This document shows, piece after piece, positions 25,083-36,800 of a stretch of DNA of 64,000 nt. The notes beneath the pieces are model-generated. The model was not told where the DNA came from and made no database searches. It saw only the letters and a list, made by a program, of their open reading frames with translations. The translations under genes were made by a program, and so were the position numbers. This DNA comes from Dimorphilus gyrociliatus (lineage: Eukaryota > Animalia > Annelida): contig CAJFCJ010000001.1 in assembly GCA_904063045.1 (NCBI GenBank), positions 2,232,001-2,296,000 on the forward strand. Direction: 5' to 3'. Positions within the stretch are counted from its first letter, which is position 1, and each line of letters starts with the position of its first letter.

Positions 25083-26927
25083 TTATGGTATGAAATTGAT
25101 GGGTTTTTTAACTTTCTTCGGTTGTTGAATGGAGATATTTGGTTTATGGTCGATAGTTTTATTAAGAAGGACGTTAATGAGAGATCCTCGGTTAGACTTG
25201 TTCATTTGTAAGATTCGTTTCTTCTCGAACAGTTCGTCCAAGTGCCACCACTGTAAAGTATAAGAAATTATATAAAATAGAGTGTGGAACATAAATGCTG
25301 TATGATATATACAGTATATATATATAAATGTAATTTACCGATCTTAATCGTTGCACATCGGTGTGAGCTCGTCTATTCTTTTCCCATAGATAATGTTTTG
25401 TACAACATTTCTTTGGAACTCTACATAAGGTATCTGAGTCTGTTAATAAGGTTTCAGGTAAAGGTGCTCCGCAAACTTCATTATTTTCTGCTCTTCTCTC
25501 CTTTGTATGCTCTGGACATATAACTTTTAATCTCTTGCAATAAGTCTGAGTTCTTTCGTTGTAAAAATCGCAGAAAAGTGGTCTGCCTTCAATTTTTGTT
25601 TGATAAATTGAAGCAAACGACATTTGACTTTCTGCTTTTTGAAAACAACGTTCCCAATGTCTCAAAGCAGTTTTACAGCCGACATCTTGAGCGCAAATTA
25701 AACATGGAAATGGTCCCTCAGGACTATCTTCAGTTTCTTCATCGTCTGAAAGACATTCTAAAGTTTTACCCCTCGCTACTATTTCATCTAATTTCTCGTG
25801 TTCTTTCTCTAAATCTACTAAGCATTGCTTGGCTTTAATTATTTCCTTATCAACTTCTTCTAGATCGTTTTCAGCTTGTTGGCCAGCAAGCGACGGAGAA
25901 TTATTCCATGCCGCAACACGTTCTCCCAAAAACTGTTTTATTCGACTGCAAAGTATTTTGAAGAAAACGTAAAGTTTTAGTTTAAAGTTATCATATTAAA
26001 CATTCACTCACATGCTCGCCAATGTTATACCACACTCATCTGAGCAATATTTGGAATTCGATCTTGCATGGTTAATGCAGTGTGACCCGTAACATTGTCT
26101 AGGTTCATCGTCTTCCTCGTCGTCATCCTGTTCGGAATATTCCGGATCTTCTCCAACTTCTGGTACCTGTATATCTCTCTTTGCGCGAGCCGTTTTACGT
26201 CTTCCACCTCCTCCACCTCCCCTGCCTCTAGCGGACGTTCGCTTACCCCTACCTCTGCCTCGACTAGCTTTTGCAGGAGGACTAATTGATGGTGAATCCT
26301 CTTTTAATACCGGCCAAGATTCTATATTTGATTTAACTTGAAAATCAGGGTCGCCATCTGTGTCCTTATCGTCCTATAAGAATATTGAAAGAAATATACG
26401 TTAGTAGGGGTAAAAACTCTATGATATTAACATTATAGCGTAATCGTCTCGACCGTTTTTTATATAAAAATGATTGGACAATTAATGAAAAATAGGCGGT
26501 GATTTAAAATTACCTCTTCCTCTCCAAACTCGGGAATATTCTCCGTATTAGAATATTCCATCGATAACAAATTCGGCTCCGGTCTGTCCCTATCTGAACT
26601 CTTATGCTTTTTCTTCTTTTTCTTCTCCTTTTTGTGTTTATGCTTTTTCCTATGATCGTCTTCGAAAAGAGGTTTCATATCGTTTTTATACTTGATTTTC
26701 AGATTTGGTTTTATCTCCCTGCAACGCTCACAAATATAAGATTTTATGTGCTTGGCAGCAATTTGCGTTACGCCAATGCAATCGCCATGATACCACTCGT
26801 TGCAGTGATCGCATCCTATCATAAACCTCTCAATATCGCTCGATTTACATATACAATAAAGTTTGCGAGTACTGGTAGATTCACTGTCCATTTCATCTCC
26901 AGAACTGTCGCTCAAAAATGATGCCAT
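25083..26927 (-). CDS. CXXC1: CFP1/CXXC1/Spp1 COMPASS subunit (PHD finger + Set1-interacting region) lacking the CXXC finger; exons 26927-26514, 26373-26012, 25945-25339, ~25250-25083
   Basis: PHD: LYCICKSSDIERFMIGCDHCNEWYHGDCIG...ICERC; PRQCYGSHC...SKYCSDECG; FCDFYNERTQTYCKRLKVICPEH; CRVPKKCCTKHYLWEK; WWHLDELFEK. Confidence 0.94.
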
Positions 26928-27069
26928 GACTTTTCTGAGAGATAGATTCTCCAGTGAACGCCAGATCCCTACTGATGCTTACCGGAGATTCAGGATCATA
27001 ACCCGCCAGATACTGCTTTATGGTAAAATACGTTGGGAATCGTAGTAAAAAACTGGTGTTATTTATTTA

Positions 27070-27092
27070 GTCACGTGACCACCACTTCCGGT
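27070..27092. promoter_or_regulatory. Palindromic E-box GTCACGTGAC plus ETS CCACTTCCGG in a divergent promoter region
   Basis: Both motifs are exact, ~145 nt upstream of the CXXC1 ATG. Motif match only. Confidence 0.5.
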
Positions 27093-28595
27093 TTGGTCTC
27101 GGCTTTTTTTGTGTCTTGTAAACTATTGCAAAATACAGTCTTTAGCTTCAAAAATTTTGAGATAATCAACTCCGACAAGAAATTGAAACTCTTTTTTTAT
27201 TAACAGCAATCGGAATTAAATAAGCAACACCTGCGAATACAACATATCAGTGAGTTTTTACTACGGCAGATGATTTTTTGCGGTAGATTTGCAGTTGTCG
27301 TTATTTTATAAATCGATTTATATTTGTTAAAATTTGCAAGAACCTAACGATTGAATAAACATTGCCATTTAGCGGTGTTAAACATCGCAAAGCTCTTGAT
27401 ATTGTAAGCCTCAATTAATCTGCTAAGTGGCATTAGCAAACTATCTGAGAGGTATTATATTAGATTATTTCTAACTTCCTTTGTCCATAATTAAATAAAC
27501 ATTGGTTTGGTCAGGTAATTTTTGTCATATAATCTCTTTATGAATTGTACATACTGCTGTATTGTGATAAAAAATTATCTCTAAGATTAAATTTATGCGA
27601 AGTCAATATGTTTCAAGAAATAAAGGAAACGAAACAGAGTCAAGTCTTAAATCGAATGAAGAAAAGAACTTGTATTTGAATGGTTGGCTCTATTGAAATC
27701 TTTATTTATACAATGTAAACCCGACTGTAAAATAATTAATTTAAAACTTCAAATAACGTTTACCGCTTTATTTATCTTGAACATTTGAAGTGATATTTAT
27801 CTTGGAAATATCTGCAGAGAATAGTTTGTATTAGGGGAATTTGTTAGACTAATTTACGCCTAATGAGCTATTCTTGGTGTAGCACTAACAATACTGAAGG
27901 ATATTTGCGATTCTTCGGGAAGTTAATTTCTGCTATTTAAAAACCAAAACGTTCGTTCCCACCTCGCTCCTATTAATTTCCGTATGCTACTTAATTTTTG
28001 AATAGTTTTCCTTCTCTCAAATCATGATAAATAAATAAAAAGTTTACTGTTTATTCATTTATTTTGTGGTGTTTTTATTATTAAAAAAAAAAAGAACAAA
28101 AAAGTAGGGCCCTTCAATAAGATTAAAACTCTATTTTTGACGATTATCACAGAATACTTTTGATGATAGATGACACTTTTATCCATTGACAATGATTACT
28201 TTGTTAAAAAACAAATAGACCTGCCACAACTAAGTATAACTTGCAAGTTAAACATTATAGGTATAAAGCCTGTTTGAAGTTCTTTATAATGGTAAAGGTT
28301 TACGAGAATTTTATAATTTGAAAGATAAATACAATGTGAAAATAAATAAGCACTTATCAATAATGTATATTGATAACGAGAATAAATTTGAATTAATAAA
28401 CCCTTCCTTAACCAATTATTTATTAATATTATCCCCCTATACATGCAGAAAGGCCAGACCGACGAAAATAGAAACACTAGCAGCATCTTCGCCGCCAGAT
28501 GTACTGCCGAATATTTGCTGGTTGTTTGTAGCATCCTGCAGATGGTACACGTCTTTTAAAGTCCTGCTTTCTGGATTTTCGATTTCGAAACAAAA

Positions 28596-29240
28596 ATGGC
28601 GACGACAATCGTTCAAAACTACAGGTTTGTTTAGACTCGAACTACTGTTTAATTTCAAGCAGATGCTTTGGTTGAATTACTTGTAAATTAGGTCAAGAAT
28701 GTTAGGAATTTTTATATATACAAAGATATATAAATCTATAAAAATTAATATAAATAGATGGAGTTATATTTTTAAGTTGAACTGTTTTTTTTAAGTATAA
28801 ATATATTTATAAACTATTTAAACTATATAAGAATGTTCTATAATTTTTCAAATTGATACAATAATCATTTTTGAATAGTACTCTATTTACAAAAACGGAA
28901 ATAGAGATTTTTTTATTCCCTAACTCGCTCCATTTTCAAAAAGAACTCCATTGTTATATTGAAAATAATGAAGATGAAATATTACAAGTATTATTCACTT
29001 TACTAAATAAACATTTAACAATAATTTAATAGTCTTTCGTACGGTTTGTCTAGTTTGAATAATAAGTAATTCAGCAAAAGATATATATTTATGTATACAT
29101 CGCGTTCTATTATTCTCTGCGAATATTGAATGATTGCTACTATTTTATATTCTTACTTTGTAATGCTATACTGAAGATTGATTTTTCTTACCCGATGGCT
29201 ATTTTTCATTGATTTTATATTTGTACATTAATACATACTG

Positions 29241-29275
<35 letters not shown>

Positions 29276-29685
29276 ACGTACCATGTCTAATGTTACTTGT
29301 TATAGATTGTCTGTTTATACGGTCTATATGAAATTCGTATGTCATTCCTAAATTAATATATTAAATTTATCACAGTAGCGATAATATGGATAATCCGTTC
29401 AAATCCAACGGCGAACTCTCGCAAAAAGCTGAATTTATGCTGAGAAATTCAACTATCACAAGGACGGCAATAAGTATAGCTGATCCGGATACAAGTGCTG
29501 ATTCTACAAATCACGAAGAAATACTTCAAAGTTCAGCATCCGCCTTAAATTCGGCTCCACCGCAAACGAATGGCGATACAACACCTCAACAAGTTGAGGT
29601 TAAGTTAACACGAAACGAAGATTTAAAGCCATGTAAAGGAGAAAAAGTTGCTTCTAGCAAAGCTAAATGCTGTACTATTATGTAA
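28596..29685 (+). CDS. Small (~99-113 aa) protein with N-terminal NPF motif and C-terminal CCTIM CaaX box
   Basis: ORF 29386-29685 is preceded by an acceptor (tttatcacag, 29375). Candidate coding exon 28596-28624 (MATTIVQNY, phase 2, donor gtttgt) splices in frame. Ends KAKCCTIM*. Confidence 0.75.
29241..29275. repeat. (TA)n(TG)n compound microsatellite
   Basis: tatatata...tgtgtgtg within the predicted intron. Confidence 0.9.
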
Positions 29686-30572
29686 TGTTTCTTTCGATAC
29701 CTTTCTTTTCTGAATATTTGAACAACTTTTGGCTGGTGCTCAGGTACTTGAGTTAGTTTATTATGCAATTTTGACAGCCTTAGTTATTGAAATGATACTT
29801 TTTTTTTATTATTGAATAATTGAACTCGATATCTTAAAAGACATCATTCATATCATTGATTTGCTCTATTAGATGTTTGACATATCCTTTTATTGGTTTA
29901 TTTAGGATTTTTGTTTTTTGTTCTGGAATAATTAGATAGTAATGCTGATTAAGAGAAGATTTACATATTTTCTTGAGTGATTCTACATTTGTTGTCTTGG
30001 CTTCTAAAAAAAGAATTAATGATATTTACATACAATTTTTATTTTTAAATATCTCCTGGTGTCGTATTGCTTTAAAAAGAAATTCGATAAAAAGATTTTT
30101 ATTGCTTATATAAAAATTGAATTTAATTAATCTCATATACCGAAGCGCCACCTTACAGTATCAAATAAAAACTATACGCTAATTACTTGTTTATTACTTT
30201 TTCAATATGCAAAAGTTGGAAGTATAGTTGTCCATATGAGATGTACGAGCCTACATCGATCATCTTTTTTATTCCCTTTACTGTTCGTGCATTAAGCTTG
30301 ATACTACTTTCATATTCATGTGCTATAATTTATACATATGAAGTGAACTTTTATTGTTTGTGCTATAATATCTTTGCTTCTAGTTGTTAACGTATATAAA
30401 AAAAATTATGTCTTTTCCGTAATTTGGCGTTAGTTTGAATATTGCATTTTGACTATGATTTAGATTATAATACAAATTACTGTGGTCTGTCATAGATAAA
30501 AAACAACAAATTACTAAAGCTTTATTTTTAGAATTTTTACATTAATTAATTGATTAATTACTTATAAAGGTT

Positions 30573-31159
30573 TTAGACAAGTCTTTTGCCAATTTTTTAC
30601 TTTCCTCCACTTATCATCATCAAGTTCTCCAAATTCGCAAGGTTCTTTTTCGCACGGCCTACACAGTTCTTTTACTCTACGATATAATTGCCCGTTTAGC
30701 AGATCCACATCCCTCTCTAGCTCATCTTGTAAGTTTGTCAGGGAATTAGGTGAAGCATCGAAACTGATGTTAAAATAACTGTATACGAAAAAGATTATTA
30801 ATTACTTGATGCTTTGGCAATTGTTAAATGGTAGATTTTAAAATAGTTTGTTTATCTGGATCAGAAGGGGAAGAATCTACTCTAATTTGTTATCATTAGT
30901 AATATTACTTACTGGCCTTGGTAGTGTTTATTTGAATCTATATCCCTCATGGCGTAAGGCAATTTCTTTTCTCCATGATTTTCGTATGTCCTTAATACTA
31001 CTCCTTTAGAAGCAATTGATAGTGATATCCGCTTTATCGCTTCGGCTAATTTACTCTGTGGATCGCATGTGAAATACTTAAAATATCTTATTAACAATTT
31101 CTAGATAAAATTACCCTTTCGAGTGTCCTAAAAACTAACGCTAACTCGTATCCGGGCAT
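30573..31159 (-). CDS. MRPS6: Mitochondrial ribosomal protein S6 (bS6m), 3 exons
   Basis: MPGYELALVFRTLER|SKLAEAIKRISLSIASKGVVLRTYENHGEKKLPY...|YFNISFDASP...DELERDVDLL; matches the MPxYELALI / LENLGERxLPY pattern. Confidence 0.9.
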
Positions 31160-31490
31160 GCTCTGAGGCGATAATACGTTGATGTAAAAGTAGTGCTAGG
31201 GATATCGTAAAAAATTCGAACACATTTTTTTTACAGCTAACCAAGGTTTGTATTATCTTAAATTCAGTAACATACAGATATAATGGCACAAAGCGTATTT
31301 AAGTTACAAAATTTTCAACATTATTTCACAAAAATTGACAATTGAACTTGTATTAGTTGAAGGGTCACAGCGATAAACTCGAAGAAATAAATATAGCAAA
31401 AATTATACAGCAATAAAAGTAAGCAGTCATTCAAGTGTTTTTTTTACAAGTTATAAAAGACAAAGACAAAAAACAACATTCTTTCTGCAA

Positions 31491-33387
31491 TTATTTACAG
31501 GACTTTTCACTCAATATATCCTTCAACAAATCACAAATAGGTAAATTCGAATCATTTTTTGCCTCGTACAATCGACTAATAGCGTTTTGGGACAGCTGCC
31601 TCACATGAGGCAATAGAGAAAGCAAATTGCTTATTCTCTTTGCAGATCCATCGCCAAACTTTCTCTTTGAATATTCATCCAAAGCGCTAAAAACATCGTC
31701 GTTGATTGTACAATGAGGCAGTTGCTTTATTCGGCCATTTACAAGTATTATAACTTTTAGTAGCACATATTCCTCTTTGGAAATATCTAAATCGAAAGCT
31801 TTCTCCGATAGATCGAATAAATATGGTGTTAAATTTCCACCTACGCCCCCATCTTCACATTTTCGCCTGTCAAATATTAGATCAGTAGCAAATTGCACGT
31901 ACTCCCCAGCATGAACTCTCGATCTCCAAATGCATTCCCATGACAAAAGCTCCATCCAACTGGATTCAAGAAAGCAAATTTGATCTTCTTGTGAAAGTTT
32001 ATCAAATTTTGGTATTAATTTAGCCCAATTAATGTTGTCAAGTAGTACCTTGTTGTACAGCTTTATGAAGACCTCGGTTAGATCATCATTTACATTATCA
32101 GCCCTTCTGTCTGGGGGTTCAATTTTAAGTAAAGTGCCAAGGTAACCAGTTTCTATTGAGATAGGTTCGCAAAATCTAAGACCAGCTTCGAAGCATTTCT
32201 TTAGTTTACAAGCCGAGCACTTTTGAGGACAAGTGCATGTATACCTAACCCGATTTTTGATGGTTTCGTTAAAAAATTCTGAGCATTCGACACAAAATTC
32301 TTTGTCGACTTTGTGCCCTGAACACACTTTACATAAAGTGCCACGTTCTTCCGGCTCCTCGTCATCATCATTCTCTAGAAAGAATTTTACTCCAAACCCT
32401 CCACCCTCTAAAGATTGTCGCCTTAATGAATTTTTATCATCCGCCTTCGCCGTAGCCAAGCTGTCAAGATTACATGGAAGGCTTTTGGCGCCGATTTGCT
32501 CACCTTGGAGAAGTTCTCGTAAGGTTGCAGATGAATTCTTCGGCAGTGAAGAATAAGAATCATAGCCAGAATCCAGAGATCGGGTACTGCTTGACTTTAC
32601 CATAAAATCTTTGTTTTTGATACCTGTTAAGTCGCTTCTCGCCCGTTCAGTGACAATTTCGGCCAACAATTCGAGATTTTCTCCCGACCGCGCCCAATGA
32701 GGTAGCTTAGCCAAATTTGGGACATCATTCGTCAGAAGGGATTCAAGAATAGATTTCTCAGAGTCTGAAAAGAGTTTGCAAAAAGGTTCTAAACTATTGT
32801 TCAATAAATCTATAAAGTTACGATCGGTGGCGCCATCATGCACTTTCTAATAGTATCTGACGGACTGATTGCAAATCCACGCAGTTATTGCAATGTTTAT
32901 CTATAGCATAGTTTAAATAATAGCAGATAAATAACAAACCTCCCGTTATTTATGCCTTTTAAAATGTCTCTTATTTTAACTATGCTTAAGGTTTTCGAGG
33001 AAGATTTCCATAATCGACAATTAATTACTTATCCATCATTTTGTTTAAGTATTGTCTATTTAGTCGAATAAGATTTTGCTTACCGTGTCTGTTTGTAGTG
33101 GAGGGTATAACGGATGCCGTTAAGTACTTTATGAGCTCTGAATCCGATCTACAGTGTTTCAGTCGGCTGTCAACTTCACGTGGAGCTTCTATAGTTGCCT
33201 TACGCTGACTACGCTGCATACTGGGCATTGTGTTCCTTCGAACGCGATGCTCCTCCATATCTCTATCCAGTGACGGGGGAAGTTTAAAAGTCGATGCCAT
33301 GAATGGAGGACAGCTAGAATCCAATTTTGTTCTTTTTACTTGCTCATCTCCCCTCCGTAAGTCATTCGGGCGTTTTACAGTCGACAT
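31491..33387 (-). CDS. Steroid-receptor family (NR3, most ER-like) nuclear receptor with degenerate C4 DNA-binding domain; likely exons 33387-33084 and 32809-31491 (~540 aa)
   Basis: LBD: LLKIEPP, INWAKLIPKFDKLSQEDQICFLESSWMELL...WRS, FATDLIFDR, LLPHVRQLS...LYEAK...PICDLLKDIL. Remnant DBD: CKVC-x9-CVEC...CTC-x3-CSACKLKKCFEAG. The 5' exon junction is uncertain. Confidence 0.85.
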
Positions 33388-33916
33388 TTCTTCTTTATTA
33401 ATCTAATGCTCATCTGAAAATGACACACACATTGTGAAATTCCTATGGTATTTAACAAAAGTAATGGTTATTCATTATTAGTAACGTAGTATTTATAAAG
33501 GTGTCGTTGGTTTGTACCAACTGACCTTGCGGATGTTTGAAGGACTTTCATTAAGTACTGAGCATATCGTAAATGATCGAAACATAAATTATGAACACAC
33601 TTAAGGATAAATTGTCTCTAACATAGTATACGTTTTCAAAAATAGAAACTTACAGAATAAAAGTGGCTAAAATCGGCGATAATATTGAGTTGAATTGGGA
33701 ATGCCTCTCTTTCAACGCCATACTAAGTCATGTGACCAAAACATGGACGAGTCCTTCATTTTTAACCTTTTTATTGTCAGCACGGCGAGAGAAAGGAATT
33801 CAAAAAACAGATTTAAATAGACTATGAACAAGCGTACTCAATAGATAAATAAGTGAATTATTCTTTGCGATATCAAGAGCGAGCCGACACCCCTATCTTG
33901 ATTCGAGTCCTTATAA

Positions 33917-33943
33917 CGCATGCGCGTGTTTCAAAATGGCGGC
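33917..33943 (+). promoter_or_regulatory. NRF1-like CGCATGCGCG and YY1-like AAAATGGCGGC motifs at the DLST start
   Basis: Motifs lie at and just before the DLST ATG (33936). Motif match only. Confidence 0.4.
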
Positions 33944-36549
33944 AACCATACTTTCCTCTTCGAAACAGCTTTCAAAGTTTATTACACTACAAAGTCGAAT
34001 TTGTTGTAGCCAGGTTAAATTTTTCTAAAATTTTCTAAATTCTTATGCGTTTTTTAGTCTTTGTCATAATAGATTAATGTGTTGATGACCGTTTAGGTTT
34101 CAACGTCAATTGCCCTTGATAAAAAGTTCTTACAATTTACTATTAATTATTGAATACTGATCACTGAAAAGAGATAATAATTATCCTTTATTTTTAGATT
34201 CATTTTCTGTCAAGACAGCAAGAGCTAAATAATCTTGGTAAGTTTAAAGAGATATTCATGGCATGGGTATATCATACACATTGATTTATATTTTCACTCT
34301 AAAACCATATTAATATTTAGGTAAGCTGCAATTTTACAGGGTTAAATATATAATAAACAATAAAAATCAATTGATCGGTCAGAAAAAAATTTATTTAGTC
34401 ATATGATTTTTCAAATTTATCAGAAAATAGAATTCTTATAATTTATTTAATAATTTATCTTGTCATGTTAGATTGCATGCTCTATGAATTTTATTATATT
34501 CTTATCAGTAGTCATGACCTGTCCCCTGTACTTTTCAAATGCACTTATAATATATCATTCAAAAAAGTTCTTTTTTTAGAATAAATAACCATTTCAATTT
34601 TTACTTTAAACAGCTCTGAAGAGAGAAAAGCCCAACTTTTCATTGTCTGCACAGAAACTTAGCAGTCATGTGTCAAAAAGATTTTTGAGAACAACGATCA
34701 AACTAGGTACTTTACTCTCCACTTTCTATTAAAAAAAAATAATAAATTATAGCGTATTTTGTTCTTGAGTTCATTCAGTTTTATGTTTATGTTTTTCAGA
34801 TGATCGTAAAACAATAGTATGTCCACCTCTAGCCGAATCAATTTCAGAAGGAGATATTGTGTGGCTTAAAGGTAAAATAAAAGTAAATCTCTCAAATCCA
34901 ATTTGAAGGTCAACTTTTAATGTGTTTTGACAGATGAAGGTGACTTTGTTGGTGTCGATGAGACTATAGCAGAACTAGAAAATGACAAAGTAAGTTAGTT
35001 CAATTTTCTCCGTCTATAAAATATCTGATACTGTTCTAAATTATCTGATAAATAAAGACAGGAATAATACACATGTTTTCAGAGGTTTTGTCCTTAATAA
35101 TGGACATGACCTTGCACCATTTAACGTTTTGTTATTCTGTCTCTTAGCTCTGAATTGTTGCACGTAGTTTCAGAGAAAGAGCAACATTATGTAATAATTT
35201 CACTATAGGCATATAGAATACAACATTGATTTTAATTTTTATAAAAATATCAAAAAAATTAGCCAAATATAAACAATGCAAAATAAAATTGATATAGATT
35301 ACATTTGACATTGAAAGGTTGAAAAATAGGCAAAACATTAGTCTGTAATTTTCTTTTAATTTGCTAGTCAGTTTTGAAGCCACATATTAATTATTCAGTT
35401 TATTTGAATATTTAATAGCATGTTAGAAGCTATCAATGAGAATTCACCCTATTTTTCAGGCAAATATCCCAATTAAGTCACCCTATAATGGATTGCTGCA
35501 AAAGCTTATTGTTGAAAGTGGAGATACGGTATCTCCTGGAGGTGATCTTTGTATAATTGAGGAAGGTGCAGCAGGTGCACCCCCACCTGCCGCAGCAGCA
35601 CCGCCACCGCCACCATCACCTTCATCGCCGAAAGCTACAGAAGAACCTCCAAAGACTTCGTCTATCCCCGACTCTACGCCAATACCGACGACCCCTCCAC
35701 CGGTAATTATGAAATAACCGTGTTAAAATGATAAACATTGAATTCAAATAGGTTCCGCAAGTTCCTAGTCAACCGATATCTTCAAAGCCTGCAGAGAGTG
35801 TCAAAGCTCAAGAAGCTCAGTTTAATGCATTCTCACTCTCAAACGAAAAGAGATCGGAAAAGAAGGTAAAAATGAATCGTATGCGGCTGAAAATTGCCCA
35901 AAGACTAAAGGAAGCTCAGAATACTTGTGCCATGCTGACAACTTTCAATGAAATTGATATGTCAAACATAATATCACTTCGTAAGCAATATCAAGAAGCT
36001 TTTCAGAAGAAGCACGGTTTCAAACTAGGATTTATGTCAGCATTCTTAAAAGCTTCTGCTTACGCCTTGACCGATCAACCTGTAGTGAATGCTGTTATTG
36101 ATGATAATCATATTCTTTACAGAGACTATGTAGATATTTCCGTGGCAGTAGCAACACCTAAGGGCCTTGTTGTGCCTGTTGTTAGAAATGTTGAATCTAT
36201 GTCGTTTGCTGATATAGAAAAGTCACTTGTTGATCTGGGGGAGAAAGCAAAGACAGGCGCTTTAGCTATAGAAGATATGGAAGGTGGAACATTTACAGTT
36301 TCCAATGGCGGGGTCTTTGGTTCAATGTTTGGTACACCAATAATTAATCCTCCTCAATCTGCCATTCTAGGAATGCATGGAGTCTTCCAGAGGCCTGTAG
36401 CCGTTGATGGAAAAGTTGAGATAAGGCCAATGATGTACATTGCCTTAACATACGATCACAGACTCATCGATGGAAGAGAGGGCGTTACATTCTTGAAAAA
36501 GATAAAGAGTGCTGTAGAGGATCCTAGAATGATGTTCTTAGACTTGTAA
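33936..36549 (+). CDS. DLST: Dihydrolipoamide succinyltransferase (E2 of 2-oxoglutarate dehydrogenase), mitochondrial, multi-exon
   Basis: Lipoyl domain [11 protein letters not shown]...ELENDK|ANIPIKSP, Pro/Ala linker, [18 protein letters not shown]...[12 protein letters not shown]...[13 protein letters not shown] (catalytic His). Confidence 0.97.
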
Positions 36550-36800
36550 TACTTTACTTGCTTTGCAAGTTTATAAAACAAAGAAGTTTCTTAAATACGT
36601 CAGTCACATGGTCAATACAAACTTTTAAAATTGCTATTCAATTCGTTTCTTTTTATTGCGATCTGTTAGAAATCGATTTTGAAAAGTTTAGATGAACGAG
36701 AGAAAAATATAATTGAATTAAATTTAAATAGAATTCGATATATTTATATATAAAATAACCATTAATTAAAAGTCATAATTTTTTAATTGAAGAACGGAAA

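Noticed and set aside
26025-26289. ORFs 26025-26216(-) and 26095-26289(+)
   Set aside because: Alternative frames of CXXC1 exon 2; the true frame (RG-rich, acidic, PRQC) lacks a start codon and so is missing from the track.
28196-28686. Three overlapping 73-122 aa ORFs on both strands
   Set aside because: No recognisable protein features; the local GC rise is better explained by a promoter and short first exon of the CaaX gene.
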